A DNA stretch of 64,000 nucleotides from Candidatus Thorarchaeota archaeon (lineage in GTDB: Archaea > Asgardarchaeota > Thorarchaeia > Thorarchaeales > Thorarchaeaceae), in the NCBI GenBank assembly GCA_004524445.1, contig SDNP01000008.1, positions 29,080-93,079 of the forward strand, written 5' to 3'. Under the pieces are notes generated by a model. It did no database searches and had not been told where the DNA came from. It saw nothing but the letters and a program-made list of their open reading frames with translations. A program made the position numbers and the translations under genes. This document shows, in pieces, positions 38,526-46,426 of this stretch (within the stretch, counting starts at the first letter, position 1; each line of letters starts with the position of its first letter).

Positions 38526-39022
38526 TATTCTTCTACCTCGGGAAAGTATTTCTTCTTGACATGTTCTACGAATTTCTTATTCCATTTCAAATTCATTTCG
38601 AGACCCAAATCATCTCGGTCATCTTCAATGAAATCCGAGTAAGAATCTTCCAAAAGCCAACCATCTTTGAGAACTGTTTCAACGGTCTGCTTATAGGCAG
38701 ATGGAACATGGCCTTCTTTTGCAGCTATACGTCGAACTGCGTGGAATATATCTGAAGGACTAACTCCTTCTTGACATCTCTCCTCGCACATCATACAAGA
38801 CATGCATAGCCACGGCTGAAGACTTTTGAGAACTTCTTCACGTTCGCCTAGCAGTATCTTCTGTATGAGTTGACGGGGTCGATACTTGTCCGATTCGCGG
38901 GCAACCATGCAGGTTGCAGTGCAAATTCCGCATTGAACACATTTCTTTATTGCTTCGCCTCCGGGAACCTTTTCAAGCTCCTTAGCGAAGTCAGAGGATG
39001 GATGGTGAAGCTCGCCTTCCAA
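38525..39022 (-). CDS. hdrC: Heterodisulfide reductase subunit C
   Basis: 'CVQCGICTATC', 'WLCMSCMMCEERCQEGV'. Confidence 0.92.
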   Translation of the reverse strand: MEGELHHPSSDFAKELEKVPGGEAIKKCVQCGICTATCMVARESDKYRPRQLIQKILLGEREEVLKSLQPWLCMSCMMCEERCQEGVSPSDIFHAVRRIAAKEGHVPSAYKQTVETVLKDGWLLEDSYSDFIEDDRDDLGLEMNLKWNKKFVEHVKKKYFPEVEE

Positions 39023-39307
39023 TATTTTTCACACTCGGATATCGAATCTATCAAGTCAGAGGAGTTTCTGCCCCAGAGTTCTGACTGTTATTTTCAGGGA
39101 GATATCCGTGTGTGTCCCGTGTTAAAATATTATAGATGTAACGCTGTGTACAACTGACACTGAATTCAGTAGAATGATGCCATAACTAACACCAATGTCG
39201 GGAGAATGTAAGAAAATGAACATTTTGTGCTTTGGTGATGCAAACTGTATCTTTCGAGCGTATTATTTACATGCTAATACATTCTTGATAGACTGAGAAA
39301 TATTCTG

Positions 39308-40114
39308 GTGCTGAAAATGGATGAATTACGAAAAATACTCAAAGCAGATAAATGGCTAGAGTGGGAAACCCTGCGGACCCATCAGAAGCAGAAAAAAGAC
39401 CCGCCCCCGTTGCAGAAACCCGTGGAGGATGAATCGAAAATCATCAGCCTTCCAGACCTTGAGAAATTTCAGATAAGAGAGAATAACTTAGCAGCAATTA
39501 TCTCAGCTCGCAGAAGCCACAGAAAATTCACTGGAGGTGCACTTTCCTTGGATGAGCTCGGCTTTCTACTATGGAGCACACAAGGGATTCAGAAAGTAGT
39601 CGGAAATCAGGGAGCGAATCTTAGGACCGTTCCTTCTGGCGGAGGACGACACCCATTCGAAACCTATCTTGTTGTGTTCAATGTGAAAGACTTGCCTGCT
39701 GGAATCTACCGCTATATACCATTGAGTCATGCCCTTCTCCCGCTACAGCAGAAACAAAATGTAACTACCACTGATATGAAGAATGTGTGCAGAAACCAAC
39801 CCTATTTTCGAGATGCTTCTGTGGTCTTTGTCTGGAGTTGTATTCCATATCGTACTTTTTGGCGCTATTCGGATTTAGCAACAAAAGTTATTGCGCAGGA
39901 TTCAGGGCACCTCTGTCAGAATCTCTATCTTGCTTCAACTGCGATTGGAGCTGGGACTTGTGCGATTGGCGCATATTACCAAGAAGAAATGGATAACATG
40001 CTCGATCTTGATGGTGAAGAGGAGTTTGTGATATATCTAGCGCCAGTAGGCAGAATCGATATGACAAAGATACTCGACCATGACGATGTTTTTCATAAAA
40101 AGTACAGTACCTAA
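39308..40114 (+). CDS. SagB/ThcOx-family nitroreductase-like dehydrogenase
   Basis: 'RRSHRKF', 'RTVPSGGGRHPFETY', 'DSGHLCQN'. Confidence 0.88.
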   Translation: MLKMDELRKILKADKWLEWETLRTHQKQKKDPPPLQKPVEDESKIISLPDLEKFQIRENNLAAIISARRSHRKFTGGALSLDELGFLLWSTQGIQKVVGNQGANLRTVPSGGGRHPFETYLVVFNVKDLPAGIYRYIPLSHALLPLQQKQNVTTTDMKNVCRNQPYFRDASVVFVWSCIPYRTFWRYSDLATKVIAQDSGHLCQNLYLASTAIGAGTCAIGAYYQEEMDNMLDLDGEEEFVIYLAPVGRIDMTKILDHDDVFHKKYST

Positions 40115-40234
40115 ATCCCATGACTTCAATGGAATGGACTATATCACCTGCTCTCCATTATGTCATTATGGTTTGTGCTAGAATAGGATTCATATATGGG
40201 CCTTATCTATTGTTATCTCCAGGATTCGAAGACC

Positions 40235-41440
40235 ATGAATGGTATTAAAGTGGATTCATTTTGCCAGAAAACCTACGATACAATTAGTGACGACAAGTAT
40301 CTCTCTGATGCAATTCCAAAACTAAGGGAACAGGAACATCAGGCTCTCATTGTTGAAGATCAAAACGGAGATTATAATGGCGTCATAACCCGCAGACTGG
40401 CAAATAGAACGAGACAAAATAAGACTCAAACAAAAATCAAGACACTCGCTGCTAGACCTCCAAGAATCCAGTCAACGGAGGATGTAGCAGAGGCTGCCAG
40501 ACTAATTATAGAGAGTGGTAGTCCAGTGTTAATTGTGTATAGAGGAGAGAAGCTGGTGGGATTCATAACAAGAGATGCTATTCTTGAAAATGCAGCGGGC
40601 GATGATTGGGCATCAACCAGCGTGAAACAGGTAATGACGGAAAATCCTGTAACTGCTCGTCCAAATGATTCAATAGCGCACGTCTTGGAGTTGTTCAGAA
40701 CATATGGGTTTTCCCATGCACCAGTCACAGAAGATGGTAAGTTGGAGGGCATTGTCAGCATTCAAGATTTGATTGATGTGGTGTACAGAAGCCGTGATAG
40801 GCAAAAGGGCAGATATGGAGGTGCTGAGGATCATGGAGGTCAAGGTGAAAGGGCAGGAGAAAAATCCGACCTTGTTCACATGTCGATATCCTCAGTGATG
40901 TCATATCCAGTATATGCAGCAAAGCCCAGTGATTCTATTCAAGAAGCTGAAAATAAGATGCGTGAGAATGACATTTCCAGTTTAGTCGTCATAGAAGAGG
41001 ACAGACCTGTTGGAATCATAACAAAGAGAGATCTTCTTGAACCCATTGCTCAGAAAGCTATGGAAAAGAAGCGAATTAGTGTACAATTCTCAGTGAAACC
41101 AGGCATACGTATGTCTGAAGAAGAGAAAGCTGCAATGAGACGGGAATTCGACTCTTTCGTCAGACGTTACAAAGATGTAGTGGGTATAGGTGGTCTCTTC
41201 GCATACTTCAAGCAATACGGACCGGTTTCTAAAGGCAATCAGTTGATTCAATGTCGTCTTCAATTCAGAACGGCACATACGCAATACTATAGCACGGCAG
41301 AGGCATGGAGTGTCGAAGAGGCATACAAACTCGCACTCGATAGGTTGGAGAGAGAAGTCATAGAACATAAGGAAACAAAGCTCGACGAAGAGCATAGTCG
41401 TCGCCACATCGAGAACTTGTTAAAGTCGGAAGAGCTTTAG
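40235..41440 (+). CDS. Four-CBS-domain protein with C-terminal HPF/RaiA-like domain (candidate ribosome hibernation factor)
   Basis: Two CBS pairs, then 'CRLQFRT....YYSTAEAWSVEEAYKLALDRLEREV', resembling the HPF strand-helix end. Confidence 0.75.
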   Translation: MNGIKVDSFCQKTYDTISDDKYLSDAIPKLREQEHQALIVEDQNGDYNGVITRRLANRTRQNKTQTKIKTLAARPPRIQSTEDVAEAARLIIESGSPVLIVYRGEKLVGFITRDAILENAAGDDWASTSVKQVMTENPVTARPNDSIAHVLELFRTYGFSHAPVTEDGKLEGIVSIQDLIDVVYRSRDRQKGRYGGAEDHGGQGERAGEKSDLVHMSISSVMSYPVYAAKPSDSIQEAENKMRENDISSLVVIEEDRPVGIITKRDLLEPIAQKAMEKKRISVQFSVKPGIRMSEEEKAAMRREFDSFVRRYKDVVGIGGLFAYFKQYGPVSKGNQLIQCRLQFRTAHTQYYSTAEAWSVEEAYKLALDRLEREVIEHKETKLDEEHSRRHIENLLKSEEL

Positions 41441-41498
41441 CTTGTGCGATTGCTTCTTAGCTTAAGGCGTTAGCCTCCAGCACCATGGGAATGAATTC

Positions 41499-42242
41499 TC
41501 ATAGGTGAAAGAGACTTCGGACTAATAGGATAATAATAACTCCAAAAAGCAGAGCAATTGTATACCCCACTCGTTCCTTCAATGATTCGGCATGCTTAAC
41601 TTCAGGGATCAAGTCAGCTGCTGCAATATAAATGAAATTCCCAGCTGCAAATGGCAAAAGGAAGGCAATATTGATGGTTGATGCTAGATAAAAAGCAAAT
41701 AGTCCTCCGAGTACTACCGTAAGAGCAGAAAGAAAATTAAAAGTCAGAGCCTTCCGTTTCTCCCAGCCACCATGAATCAAGATTCCAAAATCACCTAATT
41801 CTTGTGGGATCTCATGAGCGGCGGCAGCAAACCAAGTAACAATACCAACGGGAATGCTCGCCAGAAAAGACCCAGCTATTGCAAGACCACCTATGAAATT
41901 ATGGAGACCGTCTGCCAGCAATACCAAATAAGTCACCACACCATAGTGTTCAGCTCCCGCTAAATGACAATGACGCCACTGAAGGAGTTGTTCAAGAATA
42001 AAGAATAGCAAAAATCCTGCTACCAGCCAGATAAATAATTGAATGTCCAAACCATAATCTGCAATGCTCTCTGGCAGAAGATGCAGAAATGCGCCTCCGA
42101 GCAGAGAGCCTGCTGCAAATGCGACCAATGGAAGTGCGATTCGATCAACGGTCTCTTCATTCAGAGATAAAGCAAAAAGTCCAACCCAAGCAATAAGACT
42201 CATTGCAAATGTGCTTCCGATTATCCAAAGAAATGTACTCAT
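41499..42242 (-). CDS. ZIP-family zinc/metal transporter
   Basis: 'AFLHLLPE', 'DGLHNF', 'HEIPQELGDF'. Confidence 0.92.
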   Translation of the reverse strand: MSTFLWIIGSTFAMSLIAWVGLFALSLNEETVDRIALPLVAFAAGSLLGGAFLHLLPESIADYGLDIQLFIWLVAGFLLFFILEQLLQWRHCHLAGAEHYGVVTYLVLLADGLHNFIGGLAIAGSFLASIPVGIVTWFAAAAHEIPQELGDFGILIHGGWEKRKALTFNFLSALTVVLGGLFAFYLASTINIAFLLPFAAGNFIYIAAADLIPEVKHAESLKERVGYTIALLFGVIIILLVRSLFHL

Positions 42243-42473
42243 ACTCTCTAGGCTCCAGGCACAAGCGAATGTTCATAGTATGGCGTTGCTCTAATGTAAA
42301 TCTAGCGAATTCACCTATTCATGTATACACAAGCCTGCTTACTCACTGACAGATCCACCAGGAGACGACAGCCAATTTCGAGCAATCCCTAAGCCAATGC
42401 TGCTTCTTCATGCTCAATTCAACTATATCAAACTCTAACAAGATTATATATGTCGGTCACGACATGATATAAG

Positions 42474-42743
42474 ATGGCTATGTCTAGGAGGATATACGTA
42501 ACAGGCAAAATCCAAGGAATGACAAAAAAGCATATCAAGACTTTTACTGAGTCACATGGCTTTGAGTATGGTTCATTCTCAGGGAAAACAGAATTGCTGA
42601 TACTTGGGGAGCGCCCTGGAGACAAGAAAATCCAAAGAGCACAGAATGAAGGGATTGAAACTCTTACTTGGAATCGGTTCTTGCAGAAATTCAATCTCAA
42701 GGGTCCATTCGAAGAGTTCCTAAAGAAAGTTCAAGACTCGTAG
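42474..42743 (+). CDS. Stand-alone BRCT-domain protein
   Basis: 'YVTGKI.GMT', 'SGKT.LLI.GE.PG..K..RA...GI..L.W..FL', like the NAD-ligase/RFC1 BRCT. Confidence 0.8.
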   Translation: MAMSRRIYVTGKIQGMTKKHIKTFTESHGFEYGSFSGKTELLILGERPGDKKIQRAQNEGIETLTWNRFLQKFNLKGPFEEFLKKVQDS

Positions 42744-42887
42744 AAACAAGCATGCTCAGTTTGGATTAATATACGAATATTGTACCAGGTATTGAAACGG
42801 AAAAAAAAGGAGTGGGGCAAATGCATAGGCACTATTTTCCATGCCTTTTTCTATGTCGCCCCTCAAAAGAATCGAGTTTTTTGATAT

Positions 42888-43376
42888 CTAGTAGCTTCTT
42901 TCTCGATTATCGCGACGACCTCTATTGTCTCGGCCGCCACCTGACCTTCCACCACGGTTTCCGCGATAGTTGCCTCCACCGCGGTTTCCTCGATAGCGAT
43001 CATCTTCGTGTTTCTCTGCCGACATGTCTACATCTTCGTTAACTTCATCTATGGGAGCCTCAGCTTCTGAGATTTCGCCATATTTGCCAATGTTTAGTTG
43101 TAGATTTCCTCGAAATAGCTTTGTATATCCATTCTTCAAATTGTAGGTCTGATCAACTTCAAGATTGTCAATTGAATCATCCCACAAAGGAACAGTCACG
43201 GTGCCAGTGGAATCTCCCACAACAGCATCCATAACTCGATGGTGTTCGCCACTTCCTCGAGTAGTCACTTCTCGCTCATCGCCCTTCTCTAAGACTCTAA
43301 AGGCGATAGATACGTTCTTCATTCCTGGCTTCAAGTTAGCCACTGTAGCCTCAACAGGCTCTCTGTCATAACTCAT
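42888..43376 (-). CDS. ssb: Single OB-fold ssDNA-binding protein with RGG-rich tail
   Basis: 'VGDSTGTV..LW', 'NGYTKLFRGNLQLNIGKYG', like crenarchaeal-type SSB. The tail is repetitive in R/G/N. Confidence 0.85.
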   Translation of the reverse strand: MSYDREPVEATVANLKPGMKNVSIAFRVLEKGDEREVTTRGSGEHHRVMDAVVGDSTGTVTVPLWDDSIDNLEVDQTYNLKNGYTKLFRGNLQLNIGKYGEISEAEAPIDEVNEDVDMSAEKHEDDRYRGNRGGGNYRGNRGGRSGGGRDNRGRRDNRERSY

Positions 43377-43584
43377 ATTATTTCTCTCGCGTATGCGGTT
43401 TGCAGGACTTGAAAAGTAGCGTAAATCTCTGAAGGAAGTGCATTGGTAGATCCAGTAACTGTCTCATCTGGAGTATGTGCGCATACGTTGTTGGTACCTG
43501 CATGTTGAGCGAAAACTAGTTTGCTTATTACCTTATGTGTCGAGCTAAATAGATTAAAAATGATTCAAGGAGGTTACCGGCGCC

Positions 43585-43642
43585 CCGGGCAGGGGTGTCC
43601 GATTCGGCTCACAACTTTACGCCGAACCTTCATCCGCCGCTG
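43585..43642 (-). promoter_or_regulatory. Eukaryote-type SECIS element
   Basis: mRNA reads AUGA(43633-43630)-A-GGUUCGGC-GU-AAA-GUUGUGA-GCCGAAUC-G-GA(43599-43598): kink-turn quartet, 8-bp helix, unpaired AAA. It lies about 80 nt downstream of the in-frame UGA. Confidence 0.85.
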
Positions 43643-43791
43643 GTCACAATCTCCTTCCTGGCTATCTCGCGACCCTCATCATCCACGATGGTTAGATGAG
43701 CGCCGCAGGATAGTCAGCAGTCATAGCAGCGGACTACCATCTCCAAGAGATTGAGTAGCCCTTCTGGTATATCATCTGTTATTTTTTTCAA
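43630..43791 (-). CDS. vhuU: Selenocysteine-containing hydrogenase small peptide VhuU (53 aa, Sec at UGA 43716-43714)
   Basis: Manual translation MKKITDDIPEGLLNLLEMVVRCYDCULSCGAHLTIVDDEGREIARKEIVTSGG* matches the hydrogenase L2 motif E...R.YD(P)CxxCxxH that is missing from the upstream large subunit. Start is uncertain (TTG 43791). Confidence 0.9.
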
Positions 43792-43800
43792 CTCCTTTTT

Positions 43801-45117
43801 TTAGGTCTTAACGAGTGGTTCTGGTAATTTGAGATCCTCATGGGCTTTGTCTTCAAAGATTTGCTTCGCTGCCACCATCAATGATTTCTCAATTCCAGCA
43901 ATATTGTTGTTGGTTGCCACGATTAGATTCGCCTTCACAACTATTCCCTCTTCGTCGCACTCGTAATTGTGGAGAAGGGTTCCTCGTGGTGCCTCAACTA
44001 TGCCAACGCCGTCTCCCGCCTTTGGTTCAACATCTGATAATTTGATATCTGTACTAACAATATCAGGGTCTTCAAGCAAGCTCTTGATCCATTCAGCAGC
44101 CTGAACCATCTCCACAACTCGAGCGTAGTGGAACGCGAATGTATGGTGTGAAGGCCGCCCAATCAATTCACGCATCTCCTCAAGGGCTTCTTGAGCCAAC
44201 GGAGTGGCCATCTTGTCAGCTACATTGCACCGAGCCAGAGTATTTGCACGCCAGATTCCATCGGGATAACCAGCTGGTTTGAAGTAGGTATGAGTGGCAT
44301 AGGAATGGTTGGGAACATGTTCACCGTAGTACTTTGTGTACTCGCTTGGTTCAAAGTCGGCTACTATTTTCCCGTCAGGATCCATCACTCGAACATTTCC
44401 TTCATAGATATCTAGAACACCATCATTGGTCAGCCCAAGATAGTATGTTGGAGTGACAGCAACCTTTGTCACAACATCTACATAGTCAGTGATTACCTTT
44501 TTGGCAAGGTCAACTGTCTTGTCTATATTCTCCAAGAGTTCTGGCACTTTTTCCACCCATTCGTCGCGCTCTTGTTCACTGAGGGGGGATAGCATGCCGC
44601 CAGGAATTGCGGTTGTTGGATGGATTGCCTTTGCTCCCACTGTTCTGCACATCTCTTGCCCAAACTCCATCAGCTTGATTGCTTGGACAGCAACATCAGG
44701 AAGATGCTTCAGTATTGCTGCCACATTTCGAACTGCAGGGTCAGCAAAAGGTCCAAATACAAAATCGGGTGCGGCAAGAGCATAGAAATGAATTGCATGC
44801 GAGGATAGCTGTTTTGCCTCCATCATTAGACGACGCAGTTTGATTGCCGGTTCGGGAGGTGTGATATCCCAAGCTGCTTCCACTGCCTTTGTAGAGGCTA
44901 AGTGGTGAGGGATTGGACAAATGCCGCAGATTCGTGGAGCAATCCGAATAGCCTCCTCCATTGGTCTGCCTTCAAGGAATTTTTCGAAAAATCGGGTGCT
45001 TCCAACGTTGAATTGAACATCTTTGACCTTCCCGTCTTCACTCAATTTGATAGTTAATGCACCGTGTCCTTCGAGCCTTGTTACTGGGTCTACTCTAATC
45101 GTCTTCTCTTTTGCCAT
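43801..45117 (-). CDS. vhuA: Group 3c [NiFe(Se)] hydrogenase large subunit lacking the C-terminal L2 motif (VhuA/MvhA)
   Basis: 'PVTRLEGH', L1 motif 'RICGICP..H', 'EAPRGTL.H', 'ANLIVAT'. Ends without DPCxxC. Confidence 0.92.
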   Translation of the reverse strand: MAKEKTIRVDPVTRLEGHGALTIKLSEDGKVKDVQFNVGSTRFFEKFLEGRPMEEAIRIAPRICGICPIPHHLASTKAVEAAWDITPPEPAIKLRRLMMEAKQLSSHAIHFYALAAPDFVFGPFADPAVRNVAAILKHLPDVAVQAIKLMEFGQEMCRTVGAKAIHPTTAIPGGMLSPLSEQERDEWVEKVPELLENIDKTVDLAKKVITDYVDVVTKVAVTPTYYLGLTNDGVLDIYEGNVRVMDPDGKIVADFEPSEYTKYYGEHVPNHSYATHTYFKPAGYPDGIWRANTLARCNVADKMATPLAQEALEEMRELIGRPSHHTFAFHYARVVEMVQAAEWIKSLLEDPDIVSTDIKLSDVEPKAGDGVGIVEAPRGTLLHNYECDEEGIVVKANLIVATNNNIAGIEKSLMVAAKQIFEDKAHEDLKLPEPLVKT

Positions 45118-46037
45118 TATTTCTTCGCCTCCTCGCGTTTCTGCCTGATTCTACCAAGATGACTAGTTGCATAGGTGAATCTGTAGAAAGTGGCAAGGGG
45201 ATCCTTTACCTTCTCAAGGAGCTTCTCCGGTTCGATAGGGGCATATGTACCAAGCATTGACATTGAAGCGGCGCCTTGGTCAGACATGATTGGTGGCGGT
45301 GGGCCAAAACAACCTCGACAGGTTGAGCCCTTGTTGACACACTGTCCCTCACAGAGACCCCATGTTGCAGATCCTAGACAGACGTATCCTTGTTCCAGAA
45401 GGCAGCTATCGGGATCAGCTTTCCCTTCATATGGACGCAGAACCTCTGGAATTGGAGTTTCTTTCTTCTCGCGATTACAATAGTGACAAACGGTATGAGG
45501 AGGTAGATTAATCTCCTCTCCGTTTAGCAATGCAGTCAAAGCAGTGAGAATGAGTTCTGATGTGGGCGGGCAACCAGGCAAGTAGATGTCAAAATCCACA
45601 ATGTCTTTGTTCGGTCTTACTGTTGGCTCAATTGCAGGCAAGTTCTCTGTTGGCACTTTTCCTCCAGAAACGGTCTTATTGTTTCTGAATTTCACTTCTA
45701 GTGCATCATCGATATCGTAGAAGTTCGCGAGACCAGGAATACCTCCAAAACATGAACATGTTCCAAAGGCAATTAGGGTCTCACACTTATCACGCATAAC
45801 CTTTAGCAGATGAACGTCTTCTTCTGTTCTTGCCATTCCCTCATATAGTCCAATCTTGATTGATTTATTGGGATAATTTTCCAAGTCTTCAAGCTTGTAA
45901 TCGACAACTCCTGCCCAGAATTTGATGTCCAGGAGAGGCAGGACATCAGCTAACTTGAGATGGATGTCAACCAGACTTTGGAAACAACCCCAGCACGAAC
46001 TTCCCTGTGCCATTGCTACGGGTACTGGATGACTCAT
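45117..46037 (-). CDS. vhuG: Group 3c hydrogenase small subunit (VhuG/MvhG)
   Basis: 'SSCWGC', 'GTCSCFGGIPGL', 'LPGCPP', 'CLG.AT...C...C......CRGCFGP'. GGAGG RBS and TAATG coupling to the large subunit. Confidence 0.92.
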   Translation of the reverse strand: MSHPVPVAMAQGSSCWGCFQSLVDIHLKLADVLPLLDIKFWAGVVDYKLEDLENYPNKSIKIGLYEGMARTEEDVHLLKVMRDKCETLIAFGTCSCFGGIPGLANFYDIDDALEVKFRNNKTVSGGKVPTENLPAIEPTVRPNKDIVDFDIYLPGCPPTSELILTALTALLNGEEINLPPHTVCHYCNREKKETPIPEVLRPYEGKADPDSCLLEQGYVCLGSATWGLCEGQCVNKGSTCRGCFGPPPPIMSDQGAASMSMLGTYAPIEPEKLLEKVKDPLATFYRFTYATSHLGRIRQKREEAKK

Positions 46038-46426
46038 TATCTGGCCTCCTCAAAGCGGGATACAATTACATTATTTCTGGATGATTTGGTTTTATTCGCA
46101 ATTTCCAATTTAGCTTGGTTTAAGCCATTTTTGCGATATTGGTCTAAGAAAATTGAAGACTGATTCATTTCCAGCTCTCCATCATGGGACATTTGCCTTC
46201 TATCTTGTGAATGTGTCTGGTAGGCCTATCAGTAAGAAACAGTTCCTCAGAAGCTGATGCCCACTGTGGTTTCATGGTTCGTGTGACGAAACATACATGC
46301 TTAATAGCTTTCTCCAATAGGACTTAGCTTCAGCGCCCGAATTTGTTGAAATAGCATATATTATCAGCATTTCCAGTACCAAGTGATTTAAAAATTGGTA
46401 GACAATATTAACTATAGTGATGATTT

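Noticed and set aside
39308-40114. RiPP (TOMM) cluster around the SagB-like gene
   Set aside because: No YcaO, precursor peptide or transporter is adjacent. Stand-alone SagB-like proteins are common in archaea.
43609-43632. Readthrough of the terminal vhuU UGA
   Set aside because: It lies inside the SECIS core, would add only RFGVKL before another UGA, and falls in the tail expected to be cleaved.
43521-43754. 77-aa plus-strand ORF in the ORF track
   Set aside because: It is the antisense shadow of vhuU and its SECIS. The minus-strand frame carries the hydrogenase motif.
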